UHGV virus genome: UHGV-0306641
Direction: 5' to 3' (one strand)
Origin: a virus
Length of the DNA: 64,000 bases
The position numbers and the translations under genes were made by a program. Positions 36,961 to 46,133 of the stretch are shown here, piece after piece. The notes below the pieces were generated by a model. The model was given only the letters and a program-made list of their open reading frames with translations, searched no databases and was not told the DNA's origin. Each line of letters opens with the position of its first letter. The first letter of the stretch is position 1.

Positions 36961-37845
36961 TCAGGTTATTTTCTTATCGCGGCTAAGAATGTTCAGGACA
37001 AAATCACCACGAACTTTTTCAATACTGTATTTGAGAAATCCGGCTTCAGATAATTGCTCAAGCGCCTTTTTAATGGTCGCATTTTGCGCCCCTTTATGGG
37101 ATGTAAGCTGTAAGCGATCACGCAATCTATCGAAACCAATACGATAAAAATTATCAGGCAATTCAACGAGGTAAAGGTATAGAGCCTGTGCTGACTCTTT
37201 TCTTGATAAGGTCTTCAGTACCTTCAGGTATAAGCGAGTCTTCCCGTCAACCTGATAGAGTGTATTCAGGTCGGGGTTTGGGCGAATAATGACCTCGTCC
37301 GTACCTTCGTCATAGTAAGAAGTCGTAACAAGGCCCATGTTGATATTGACCTTTTTACCCTCTACCGATGATGGTTTCACAAACTTAAAGCTGGTACGCT
37401 GAATACGGGTTAATGAATCGTTGAATCTCTTTCTAAGCTTTGAGTCAACGCGCTTAGTAGCAAGCCCACAACTCATTGCAAAGTCTATGAAATTCATGCG
37501 AACCGTGCCGTTTGCATCCAGGTGCTGATGTGCCAAAGTATCAACGATCCCCAGCCACACTTTGAAGTCGGTATCCATATCGAGCCTCGGACCATAAATA
37601 CTGACGCTTTCATAGCCTTCACCCGCCAGCGTTGATAGGCGGCAAAGTTCTTCAGTAGCATCAACGGTATGGCTACGTTTCATAGGATCAACACCGTCTT
37701 TCACCGTCGGAACAAACACACCCAGGCGCAGTAAAGACTTAGGCTGAATACTTTGTTTTGAGTTAGGAATCAGGTGGATAACTTCACCAGAAGTTTTGTC
37801 AACTTCCGTGATCAAAAGAGCTAAGCCATTGTTTTCTTTTTCCAT
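36961..37845 (-). CDS. repA: plasmid replication initiator RepA (P1 R-replicon type); alt TTG start 37863
   Basis: LLRLGVFVP, IYGPRLDMDTDFKVWLGIV, ESAQALYLYLVELPDN, TIKKALEQL...YSIEK align with P1 RepA. Confidence 0.85.
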   Translation of the reverse strand: MEKENNGLALLITEVDKTSGEVIHLIPNSKQSIQPKSLLRLGVFVPTVKDGVDPMKRSHTVDATEELCRLSTLAGEGYESVSIYGPRLDMDTDFKVWLGIVDTLAHQHLDANGTVRMNFIDFAMSCGLATKRVDSKLRKRFNDSLTRIQRTSFKFVKPSSVEGKKVNINMGLVTTSYYDEGTDEVIIRPNPDLNTLYQVDGKTRLYLKVLKTLSRKESAQALYLYLVELPDNFYRIGFDRLRDRLQLTSHKGAQNATIKKALEQLSEAGFLKYSIEKVRGDFVLNILSRDKKIT

Positions 37846-37884
37846 TCCATCTTCCGCAATCAATGTGGACTTTTTTAAGAGAAT

Positions 37885-37986
37885 ACCCGCTAGCGTTGAT
37901 GATTTCTACCCGCTAGCGTTGATAGTTTACCCTCTAACGCTGATGCGTAACCCGCCAGCGTTGACAATCTACCCGCTAGCGTTGAT
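37885..37986. repeat. five direct iterons (incC/origin-type) upstream of repA
   Basis: ACCCGCTAGCGTTGAT-like repeats at 37885, 37908, 37929, 37950, 37971 (21-23 bp period). Confidence 0.8.
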
Positions 37987-38128
37987 CCGATCAACCTGAG
38001 AGCCGCGATATACAAGGGCTGCGAGAGATCCTATTCTTTTATTAAACTTAGTTTGATCCTCTGTTGATCTTTTTATTTGATCTAATCAGTGAATAACTTA
38101 AGGAATTAGATAGTGACAGGGTGAATAA
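37984..38128. other. oriR-like region: six GATC sites (three as phased TTGATC(T/C) heptamers) plus two DnaA-box-like GTGAATAA sites
   Basis: GATC at 37984, 37989, 38027, 38055, 38066, 38079; AGTGAATAA 38088 and GGTGAATAA 38120 (8/9 to TGTGNATAA). Confidence 0.6.
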
Positions 38129-38160
38129 GTCCGAAATGCTTAGCGCCAAAAAAAGCCCCA

Positions 38161-38433
38161 TTAAGGGGCTAGATCTTCATCGGATAAATGCGCTTTACAC
38201 GCTGCCTTAAAGGTCAGGCAAGAACGGCTGCGTAACGCCGGTGCAAACGCCTTTAGCAATTCCTCTCTGTTAAAACCATCTGCAGCAAACAAAGATATCT
38301 TCTTCTCAATGCGTTCTTTGGCTTCAGAGAGCTTCACATCTTTGTTATTCCGTAAAAAGCGTAAGATGTAGTCGGCAATAATTCGAACCGGTTTAGTGAT
38401 ATCACACTCAGCGTGGAGGGACTGTGTATTCAC
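38161..38433 (-). CDS. hypothetical protein (90 aa)
   Basis: ORF coupled to upstream gene. Confidence 0.45.
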   Translation of the reverse strand: MNTQSLHAECDITKPVRIIADYILRFLRNNKDVKLSEAKERIEKKISLFAADGFNREELLKAFAPALRSRSCLTFKAACKAHLSDEDLAP

Positions 38434-39557
38434 TTTCTTACCTCCCAGCGACGAACGATTTCAATCCAGTTGGCACCCAGTGCGAACATCATGGTTTCAG
38501 CAACTGCATCGCCGATACTCATTACGGTGTCTCCTTCCTGCATGAACTGACGCATTTTGCTGCGAATCTCCCTTTCGTTATCTGCATCTGCGCGGCCTGT
38601 TAGACTTGGTTTAACTTCCCAAAATGAAGCGGCTAAAGGGTTAAATGTTACCTGTGGAGCAACGTCAGATACCCGGACAGCATATCCACCATCACGACGC
38701 TTAATGATCAGGTGAAGCATAAAACGCGGTACGTCAGCCCCAAGAGAAACCAGTTCATTGATTTCCAGTGCCTTAGCATGCTCAGAATTCAGATCATCCT
38801 GTTCCATTTTATCCATTGCTGAATGCAGCATGCCGTGCAACAGCCCCATATTTTCTGCGTTCTCTTTGTTGAACTGGGCATTGATTTCTTTAACGTGAAA
38901 ACCAACGTCCATTGCCAAAGCTTCGGTGTGAGCTGCTGCCACCAGCTGAAGTTGATTATGGCCTCCGCTGCTCAGGTAATCGAAACGGGCAGCGTTGCCA
39001 TAGGCCTCGTTAATTTTGTAGGCCTCACCTTGTGCTTTTTGAAGGATCTTTGTCTTCAATGTCTCTGGATGCCCTTGCCAACAATCAGCCATTTCAGGTG
39101 AGGCTAGGAACAACAAGTTCGCCTCTATGGTTTCATCCATCGCAAGTGCTTCATCATGGGCATATTCGAGTTCAATTAAACGACCTATTTCGTCGGCGTT
39201 ATCCCATGCGTCCTGCATCATTTGCGCATCCAACTTTATCGCCGCTACGTGCGCTCCTTCAATTTCTGCCGCGCGCCCTACTGCGTTCATCTGGTAGAAA
39301 AAATCCAACTGGTAGATATATGCCGCATTCTGCTCTCGCGTTAACAGAGGCGTTATTTTCTTGGCGTTCATTTCCAGCGCTTCGGCGTGGGCGTCCTCGT
39401 AGTCCTGAATCGCTGCATCAATACGGGTATGCACGTTCTTGCCATGGTGTACGCGCCAGAATGGGTATGAGCCGTTGTGACTGTTCTTAACACGAATAAA
39501 ATACTGGTTTCCACAGCGGGTATATTCTTTACCTTCCAGAGTAATGTGGTATTCCAT
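38430..39557 (-). CDS. hypothetical protein with four internal AHxEALxM(N/D) repeats (375 aa)
   Basis: AHAEALEMN, AHDEALAMD, AHTEALAMD, EHAKALEIN spaced ~50 aa. Confidence 0.6.
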   Translation of the reverse strand: MEYHITLEGKEYTRCGNQYFIRVKNSHNGSYPFWRVHHGKNVHTRIDAAIQDYEDAHAEALEMNAKKITPLLTREQNAAYIYQLDFFYQMNAVGRAAEIEGAHVAAIKLDAQMMQDAWDNADEIGRLIELEYAHDEALAMDETIEANLLFLASPEMADCWQGHPETLKTKILQKAQGEAYKINEAYGNAARFDYLSSGGHNQLQLVAAAHTEALAMDVGFHVKEINAQFNKENAENMGLLHGMLHSAMDKMEQDDLNSEHAKALEINELVSLGADVPRFMLHLIIKRRDGGYAVRVSDVAPQVTFNPLAASFWEVKPSLTGRADADNEREIRSKMRQFMQEGDTVMSIGDAVAETMMFALGANWIEIVRRWEVRK

Positions 39558-39683
39558 ATCGTCGCCAATGACACGGAGTAACTTAACCCCACGACCACGC
39601 AGATCAGAGTGATGCTTTGGAAGTCTGTTTCATAATCTGTTCCTGATTTCTCATCGTCGGCCGCGCCATGCCACCGACTCAAT

Positions 39684-39699
39684 GAGTAAATATTTACTC
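39684..39699. promoter_or_regulatory. perfect 16-bp palindrome GAGTAAATATTTACTC (operator candidate)
   Basis: identical copy 42 bp away; divergent intergenic region. Confidence 0.6.
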
Positions 39700-39725
39700 A
39701 ATTGTAATCAGTAGTCAATGGCAAA

Positions 39726-39741
39726 GAGTAAATATTTACTC
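39726..39741. promoter_or_regulatory. second copy of GAGTAAATATTTACTC palindrome
   Basis: exact repeat. Confidence 0.6.
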
Positions 39742-39793
39742 ATAGCCATTCGGCAGATATGATGTGATTAACCTAATTAGCCAGGACATGAGT

Positions 39794-40207
39794 ATGAAAG
39801 TAAATTATGTGAGGAAAGGTACCGGCACACGCACGACGATAGTTATACCCGATCATCTATGCCAGCTATGGTTAGCAACCACGCCTTCTGATGCAGTAAA
39901 ACGCGATACGCAGCGCATTAAAGAGCGCCTGGAGCAACTGGATGTACCCAGCGAAGGCGAACCATTCCAGCGCTTAGCAGAGTCTGCGCTGGTGGCTGAT
40001 ATTGAGGCATACCAGGCCCGTTTGCTTGCCTCCGGCGAGCAGATGAAGGTCCGTGTTATTGATGCCCTGTTAGCGTGGCTGCAGGGAGCTGTAGAGCCGA
40101 CCGCCAGCGTTAATGATGTGTTCAAAGCGATCGAGCAATTTAAGTCTATTCCGTGGGAAATTGAGGAATCATTCGAAAGCCTGGAGAAACAGCGCTATCC
40201 GGGTTGA
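39794..40207 (+). CDS. small DNA-binding protein candidate (possible ribbon-helix-helix), start MKVNYVRKG
   Basis: AGGACA RBS; beta-strand-like RTTIVIPDHL followed by helical region; first gene after twin palindromes. Confidence 0.45.
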   Translation: MKVNYVRKGTGTRTTIVIPDHLCQLWLATTPSDAVKRDTQRIKERLEQLDVPSEGEPFQRLAESALVADIEAYQARLLASGEQMKVRVIDALLAWLQGAVEPTASVNDVFKAIEQFKSIPWEIEESFESLEKQRYPG

Positions 40208-40293
40208 CCTTCGTCATTAAATAACGATGCATACAGTGACAATTAACGTAATGCGTTGCTATAAAAAACAAACGCTTCGTAACAGGATGAAAA

Positions 40294-40863
40294 ATGGCTA
40301 ACTGTATTCCGCTGGACCCAAAATTGCCCGCCAATTTTGACATTACTCCAAACGACAAACGATCTAAGAACCAGCTCGACACCTGGTGGGATCATCCTTA
40401 CTGCATCACCCATGACGGTGCATTCCTGGTGTACTGTCTGAATGGTGGAGCATGGGACCGCCCTACACTGTTTGGAAAAGCTGACACTTATGATGAGGCT
40501 TGCGAGCTGGCAGAAAAAAAACAGGCCGAGTGGGTAAAAACACGCGCACAACCGACGTTCTTGTACTCGACAGAACCACCGTTTGTCCTCATCCGACAGC
40601 CACAACGTCCAGACCACCAGCAGGTCATTGTGGGGGAGTTCGCCACAATGGAAGAAATGAATACGTTCTCGCTGGCGCAGGAAAATAACGAGACTGTAGA
40701 GGTTGTACCTACCCTCAACCATAATCACATGAGCCTGCCTCAACTTGCCTGGTACAGCAATGAGCTTGAGCTGTCTATCTCTAAGCTGGGTAATGAAGCA
40801 AACGCGCTACGTGAAGTACGGGAAATTGTGATTAAACGCATCCGCGAAGTGCAGAACGGATAA
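40294..40863 (+). CDS. hypothetical protein (189 aa)
   Basis: ORF with RBS. Confidence 0.6.
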   Translation: MANCIPLDPKLPANFDITPNDKRSKNQLDTWWDHPYCITHDGAFLVYCLNGGAWDRPTLFGKADTYDEACELAEKKQAEWVKTRAQPTFLYSTEPPFVLIRQPQRPDHQQVIVGEFATMEEMNTFSLAQENNETVEVVPTLNHNHMSLPQLAWYSNELELSISKLGNEANALREVREIVIKRIREVQNG

Positions 40864-40877
40864 AAGGGAATAAGAGA

Positions 40878-41219
40878 ATGGCAAAAATTCAATACCACCG
40901 TGACTGGGGTAATTACCTGGAAGTGTACGATCACGACTCAGTTGCAGAAATGAACGATCAGCTACTTCAGCACTGTGAAGAGACAATGGGGGCTAACTCT
41001 CCAGATATCGTCGTTGAATATCCGGTATATCTCCGTGATATCTATTCTGTGAAAGAACCAGGGAAATTAACTCGCATCGGCTACGTGAGCCTGGTTTTTG
41101 AAGACGCAGCCGACGGTTATGTTGTCCACCATTACACGCTCGACAAGAAAGAGCTTCCTAATGAATGGAGCGCCTTTAGTTTTTATGGCGGGGAATACGG
41201 ACTAAAACAAGCTCAGTAA
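40878..41219 (+). CDS. hypothetical protein (113 aa)
   Basis: ORF. Confidence 0.6.
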   Translation: MAKIQYHRDWGNYLEVYDHDSVAEMNDQLLQHCEETMGANSPDIVVEYPVYLRDIYSVKEPGKLTRIGYVSLVFEDAADGYVVHHYTLDKKELPNEWSAFSFYGGEYGLKQAQ

Positions 41220-41230
41220 AATTAGACGGA

Positions 41231-41521
41231 GTGATGGCATCAATGGCGGTAAGGCTATATTACAACTCAGCTGATATGCGAACGAGGGCCAGTGATGCCT
41301 GGCATACTGAATGGATCAGTAAAAGCGGTTTGAAAGCGCGACTTTGGACTGATAAGGCCATCTCAGATTTTCTCGGAAAACCTCAGAAAGCTGGTCCCAT
41401 TATGGCGTGGAAGCAAAAAGAAGTGCAGCAGGTTGAAAATACCACGGCGTTTCAAAACTGGATGGTGAAACGCCGTGCATGGTTAACCGCGCGAGGGAAA
41501 TTACCCGCAGATGATAGTTGA
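41231..41521 (+). CDS. hypothetical protein (96 aa)
   Basis: ORF with GGAG RBS. Confidence 0.55.
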   Translation: MMASMAVRLYYNSADMRTRASDAWHTEWISKSGLKARLWTDKAISDFLGKPQKAGPIMAWKQKEVQQVENTTAFQNWMVKRRAWLTARGKLPADDS

Positions 41522-41833
41522 CTGGCTACCGTCTTGTTTACGGCATTTTGGGCACCGGTTGTCGCAGAAATACGGAAAGCTGTTATCCAGCTCGTCCACC
41601 CAGCGCTTGTGATCGTAACAGTAGAAAACCTCCCACGGCAGGCCATACTCAAACATCCATTCCTGGACCTGCGCTGTCATAGGTATTGGCGGGATCGTGC
41701 TCTGGTTGGTGCTGTAGCAATTCAGGCGTTCTTCTGCCTCACGCAGCTGGCGTTCAAGGCTCGCTATTTGTTGACGCATCAGCCGCCGTTCTCTCAGCAT
41801 TTTGAAGTAAATGCTCTCGTCAGTTACTGCCAT
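41501..41833 (-). CDS. coiled-coil + C-terminal zinc-ribbon small protein, paralog A
   Basis: PWEVFYCYDHKRWVDEL...CPKCRK; start MAVTDE. Confidence 0.55.
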   Translation of the reverse strand: MAVTDESIYFKMLRERRLMRQQIASLERQLREAEERLNCYSTNQSTIPPIPMTAQVQEWMFEYGLPWEVFYCYDHKRWVDELDNSFPYFCDNRCPKCRKQDGSQSTIICG

Positions 41834-42116
41834 CTTCCCCCCTGCAGCCCGGACACGTCCCGTAGGTATCGTGCGGGAAGCTACTACACAACTCATCAAG
41901 CCAGCGTTCGTGTTCATAACACCAAAAAACCTCCCACGGAACCCTGTGCTTTTTCATCAGCGCCATAAGGTTTATTGGCATATCTGCCGGTTGGCGTTCT
42001 TCAGGAAGCAGTTGCCCGGAGAGTTGCCTTTCCATGCGGTCCAGCTGGCGTAAAAGTTCTGCATTATCTCTCTCCAGTTGCTCACATTTGGCCTGGAGTT
42101 CAGTTTTAGTTGGCAT
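41820..42116 (-). CDS. coiled-coil + C-terminal zinc-ribbon small protein, paralog B
   Basis: PWEVFWCYEHERWLDEL...CPGCRG; tandem duplicate of neighbour. Confidence 0.55.
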   Translation of the reverse strand: MPTKTELQAKCEQLERDNAELLRQLDRMERQLSGQLLPEERQPADMPINLMALMKKHRVPWEVFWCYEHERWLDELCSSFPHDTYGTCPGCRGEDGSN

Positions 42117-42123
42117 AATTCCC

Positions 42124-42510
42124 CTAAATTACGGGTAGCTCATCAGTTGCCGCATTTAATGCGGAGTTAATGAGGAATGTAACGACTCCCACGACCGTTA
42201 CATCATCAAGAGCATCCCCTTCAATAGCCTCGCCGTCGTCGGTTATCAGCGACCGCCCCAGTACGCGCGCAAAGTGAGTGCGACCACAGAATGAGATCAG
42301 CACCAAGTTGCTCTGTTTTGGCCTGAATGAGCGGTTAACAACGGCGTAGCCGGTCGATGTTTGTATGGTCAAACAGTTCGCGTCGTTCTGGCAGATATCG
42401 TCAACGGTAAGACGGCGTTCGACATAATCATTTGCTGGTGATGGAAAGCCCACGGGAATACCTCGCGCAATAGTACTGGTTATATATACAGTATTATTGC
42501 GCGAGAGCAT
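42124..42510 (-). CDS. humD: UmuD'-like protein (P1 HumD equivalent), S24 peptidase fold
   Basis: GFPSPANDYVERRL matches UmuD GFPSPAADYVEQRI; length 128 aa. Confidence 0.8.
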   Translation of the reverse strand: MLSRNNTVYITSTIARGIPVGFPSPANDYVERRLTVDDICQNDANCLTIQTSTGYAVVNRSFRPKQSNLVLISFCGRTHFARVLGRSLITDDGEAIEGDALDDVTVVGVVTFLINSALNAATDELPVI

Positions 42511-42524
42511 GGTGTCAATTCCTG

Positions 42525-42821
42525 TTATATGCGATATTTTTTGGTAATGTGCTCCATGGTGCGATCAATGACGTGTACAAGGCATTTTGCGTCCTGTGTA
42601 TCAGCCAGCTGAGGGTTGCCGTTCGTCACCTCATACTGTAGTGGTGCTTTGACAATGTTCAGTACATCGAGCGCGCGCTGCGGATCATCCTCATGAATCA
42701 TCAGCTCCGCCAGCTCCAGTTGCTGTGTAGCGATCAGGTTGGTAATTTCCTGCTGGTGGCCCACCAGCATTTGCTGCAGCCGGTGCGCATGACGCGCCAG
42801 CAATTCTTCGCGCTTGCTCAT
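42525..42821 (-). CDS. hypothetical protein (start MSKREELL)
   Basis: ORF. Confidence 0.45.
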   Translation of the reverse strand: MSKREELLARHAHRLQQMLVGHQQEITNLIATQQLELAELMIHEDDPQRALDVLNIVKAPLQYEVTNGNPQLADTQDAKCLVHVIDRTMEHITKKYRI

Positions 42822-42822
42822 C

Positions 42823-43722
42823 TTATTTATCCTCTCCGCAGCCACACCAGTAATGCTTATTTCCAGCACAACGTAATACATGGGCATTTCTGCCGCATCG
42901 AGGGCAACTGATTAATTCGCCTTCGGACTGTATTTCTTCACGAGTTGGTGTAGCTTCTTTCTGAGGGTCCGCCAGAAAAGCAAGGCACATACTGGCCCAG
43001 GTATCTTTAGCGTAATCTGATGCCTCGATATCCTTGCGTGAAGTAACTCGCCATTGTCCATTCTCGTTCAATCGTCGGAATATTTTGGTACCGATATTTT
43101 CGATCTCAGGTACGTGTTTAAGGCAAAGACGGCGCTGCAGTAACGCCTCCCCTGCAGCTATGTTGGCATAGGCCCATGGATTAAAATAACGCGTCGAACG
43201 CAACCCATCAGCTTCCGGTCTTGCCATAGATACGCGCTGCGGTTTCACTCCTGACCTCTCAAGTACCTCAGCCAAATGCCTGCCCAACCCCTCTTCCGCA
43301 ATAACAACATGCCAGACATTTTGTTTAATCCGGGACAGTACCTCTTCTTCGGTCAGATGCTCACCAATATCAACCACAATAAAGCGTCTTTCGTTCATTT
43401 CTCCAGATACGCGGAAAAGAGAAAAGTTGATACCTGAAAGGCTACTGCTATAGCTACAGCAAGCTACTAGCTGTGAAGTAGCCCAATCAAAATTGACCAC
43501 GGATGTATTGCTCTGCTTTGCCTTGTTAAGTTCAGTTTCGGTGTATAACGGCATCCATAAATTATCTGAGCCGCACGGTACCACTCCACTCTTTATTAAT
43601 GTGCTGCTTAATTTTGCTCTCAGTTGCTGTGTATTCTGGTATTTAATTGCTGTATCAAATAGTGCGTTTACCAGGTCCCGATAAAGATGCGGTGGTAACG
43701 GGTATAAGTCTGAGTTAGGCAT
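42823..43722 (-). CDS. hypothetical protein with C-terminal Cys4 zinc ribbon (299 aa)
   Basis: CPRCGRNAHVLRCAGNKHYWCGCG. Confidence 0.6.
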   Translation of the reverse strand: MPNSDLYPLPPHLYRDLVNALFDTAIKYQNTQQLRAKLSSTLIKSGVVPCGSDNLWMPLYTETELNKAKQSNTSVVNFDWATSQLVACCSYSSSLSGINFSLFRVSGEMNERRFIVVDIGEHLTEEEVLSRIKQNVWHVVIAEEGLGRHLAEVLERSGVKPQRVSMARPEADGLRSTRYFNPWAYANIAAGEALLQRRLCLKHVPEIENIGTKIFRRLNENGQWRVTSRKDIEASDYAKDTWASMCLAFLADPQKEATPTREEIQSEGELISCPRCGRNAHVLRCAGNKHYWCGCGEDK

Positions 43723-44023
43723 TGATATTCACCTTTATTGCAAACACCTTCACCGGCTCGGCACCAAAGTGAGGATGAGTTATTGTCTCTATGTCATAGC
43801 CGTCATACGGAACAACTATGCGCCGATCCGCGTCGTCTTTGCGTGGATAGCCCCTGGTAATAATCAGGCGGTCATATGAGCGGCCTACCAGCCGTTTAGT
43901 CCAATAGTCATTACACAAACGGTACTCTTTGGGTTTTTCTCCACGCTTCATCGCGTCAAAGTATTCGCCGTTTACCGCCAGTTGGAGATCAGCCATTCTT
44001 TTTATTCCGGTGATAGGTAGCAC
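43715..44023 (-). CDS. ASCH-domain protein
   Basis: GEKPKEYR (GxKxxExR ASCH motif). Confidence 0.6.
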   Translation of the reverse strand: MLPITGIKRMADLQLAVNGEYFDAMKRGEKPKEYRLCNDYWTKRLVGRSYDRLIITRGYPRKDDADRRIVVPYDGYDIETITHPHFGAEPVKVFAIKVNINA

Positions 44024-44222
44024 GTAACAGATTGATAATTTCCTCTACGACTATCCAGATAACAAATATAGGAATAGGCGCAAACCAAAATAAACCTAAT
44101 AAAAAAGCTTCACGTGGATTTCTTTCAAGACCGCATTCATCATCACGCTTTAGCGAATAGAAATACACACCAGCAAACCCCAGCAGGTAAACAATCAGAG
44201 AAGTTAAAAAATTATTATCCAT
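43989..44222 (-). CDS. small two-TM membrane protein (77 aa)
   Basis: two hydrophobic helices. Confidence 0.45.
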   Translation of the reverse strand: MDNNFLTSLIVYLLGFAGVYFYSLKRDDECGLERNPREAFLLGLFWFAPIPIFVIWIVVEEIINLLRATYHRNKKNG

Positions 44223-44226
44223 TAGT

Positions 44227-44433
44227 TTATTTCCTGTGTCCTACGGTCATTATTTTTAATTCCAGTTCCGCACTACGGCGTTCCTGAAGTTCATCAAGCG
44301 CGTAGCAAATATCTGCAATCTCACGACTGCAAAGCATATGGTGGCTGTAATTTCTAATATGCTTTAACTCGTTAATGCGCTCGTCTGTTATATAGTCACT
44401 GTTTACTGCCAGGCGCAGGTTCGCCACCAGCAA
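44227..44433 (-). CDS. hypothetical protein (68 aa)
   Basis: ORF in operon. Confidence 0.35.
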   Translation of the reverse strand: MLVANLRLAVNSDYITDERINELKHIRNYSHHMLCSREIADICYALDELQERRSAELELKIMTVGHRK

Positions 44434-44451
44434 CCTCCTTATCCATGTGTT

Positions 44452-45186
44452 TTAGTAAATTCTCGTACCGTTGGTGCCGTCGCTGCCAATCCCAAGATGC
44501 AGCTCCATACCTGGTGTGATTTCTTCTTGCTTCAAACCCGGTATTTGATGGGTGTGGCCTCCTCCTAACTCCCAAATCATGACTCTACTACCACAACATT
44601 TTTCACACCCTACAACTCCCTGTGTATGTGCTCCTGGGGGAAAACCATGATTGCAAGCCGCGCGGCGAAAAGCATTGAGTTCGGCTCTCTCTGAGGTGGT
44701 CAGTGGAGACTCTACCGCAACCGCTTTCACAGGATGATTGGCATTGGTGCAGCCCTTACCGCAAATCGTACATTCAGCAACCATCACCGGCTCTGGCTGC
44801 TTATCCGTTATCAAATCAACGTTATCCGTTATGATCGGCTGTCCAAGCATCGCTTTAAAGGCAGCAATGCCAGCATCATGTTCTGCTCGTTGTTCCGGCG
44901 TCATAGCGTCAAGCTCGGCGTTGTATTCTGCACGGCGCTGTAGAGCATCCAGTATTAGTGACGTTTTAACCCCTTTACCAAACCGTAACCCAGGCTCCAG
45001 AAATACAGGGCATGGCAGCTTTTCAGGGTATGAATTTGTTGATCGGGGTGCAGCCTCCAGCGATGCCAGCGCGATACGCGCCAGATCTTCGGCTTCTTCT
45101 GCTGGCAGCACAACGTTGCTACCAGGTCCATATGTTTCGCGCCACGATTGGATTTTTAGCAGGCGTTCTCTGGTAATAGTGGTCAT
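44452..45186 (-). CDS. hypothetical Cys-rich protein (244 aa)
   Basis: ORF. Confidence 0.6.
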   Translation of the reverse strand: MTTITRERLLKIQSWRETYGPGSNVVLPAEEAEDLARIALASLEAAPRSTNSYPEKLPCPVFLEPGLRFGKGVKTSLILDALQRRAEYNAELDAMTPEQRAEHDAGIAAFKAMLGQPIITDNVDLITDKQPEPVMVAECTICGKGCTNANHPVKAVAVESPLTTSERAELNAFRRAACNHGFPPGAHTQGVVGCEKCCGSRVMIWELGGGHTHQIPGLKQEEITPGMELHLGIGSDGTNGTRIY

Positions 45187-46133
45187 TTTGCATCCCCTTT
45201 AATCATGGCGGCGCGGCTGTTCCATGCTGATTTCAAATTTTCTTTAAACCCAAATTCAACATGAGATGAAGCCCCGCATTCAGTACAGGTAATAACATCA
45301 CCACCAAAATGCGGATCGTTATCTTGCTCAATGGTGAGTTGACGCGCTTTACCGCCACAAAATGGGCATGGCATAAGCCCATTTGCTGAATCCGGTACTA
45401 CTGGCGCTGGTGGCATACCAGCATTTGGGTGTAATGCCCGGATGCCATCAGCTATCTCTGCTAACGTGTCGGAATAGTCGCGCTGTGCGTCATTGCCAAA
45501 TTCAAACGAACCTGTGTCGTTATCCTGGCGTCCGTGCTCGTTGTCGTAGGATTCGCGTTGCTGGTCTACCCAATTAGCGGCGGCTTCTATGCCATCACGA
45601 TAGAACGAAACAGTAGGCAACACCTTGTAAGGCTCGCTTACAGGTTTAGCTGTAGGTGTATTTTTGTGGTTGTTCCATGATCCTACTTCATCATCAACTT
45701 TTCCCTGAAGCATGGCGGCGCGGCGGATTTCGCTCTCCAGTTCTTCAGCCCAATCTTGCCACTCCTCCGGCAATCCGTTTTTACTGCTGGCTACGTGATT
45801 AGCCAGTTTATAGAGTTCATCATTCATTACCGGCGCAGGCTGGGGGGCTGTGTAAACGATGCGCCCTGTACCACCGGCGCTAACAACGCTCTCGTAAATC
45901 TCTTTAGTGGTGTCGTACCAATCATCGTTAATTAGTTGGTAAATCGGATCAGAGCGGTCAGCATCGCGACGTTGCTGCAGCTCCACCAGCGCAATGAGCG
46001 TGAGGGACTGAAGGGCATGTTGAACTTTATTCCCCTCGTTGGCGTGGTGCTCTACGCCACTTTTGCGTATCTCTATCAGATCCGTTAGGGCTTCATCGTC
46101 CAAACTATCCGGCGTAATTGGCTGTAGTTCCAT
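45183..46133 (-). CDS. protein with C-terminal Lar-like CPFCGG zinc ribbon
   Basis: MPCPFCGGKARQ...CTECGA resembles Lar/restriction-alleviation family ribbon. Confidence 0.55.
   Translation of the reverse strand: MELQPITPDSLDDEALTDLIEIRKSGVEHHANEGNKVQHALQSLTLIALVELQQRRDADRSDPIYQLINDDWYDTTKEIYESVVSAGGTGRIVYTAPQPAPVMNDELYKLANHVASSKNGLPEEWQDWAEELESEIRRAAMLQGKVDDEVGSWNNHKNTPTAKPVSEPYKVLPTVSFYRDGIEAAANWVDQQRESYDNEHGRQDNDTGSFEFGNDAQRDYSDTLAEIADGIRALHPNAGMPPAPVVPDSANGLMPCPFCGGKARQLTIEQDNDPHFGGDVITCTECGASSHVEFGFKENLKSAWNSRAAMIKGDAK

Noticed and set aside
37885-37986. Possible CRISPR array (regular ~22-bp repeats)
   Set aside because: Repeats are contiguous, without spacers, of iteron type, and adjacent to repA and GATC/DnaA boxes. 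This is a plasmid origin, not CRISPR.
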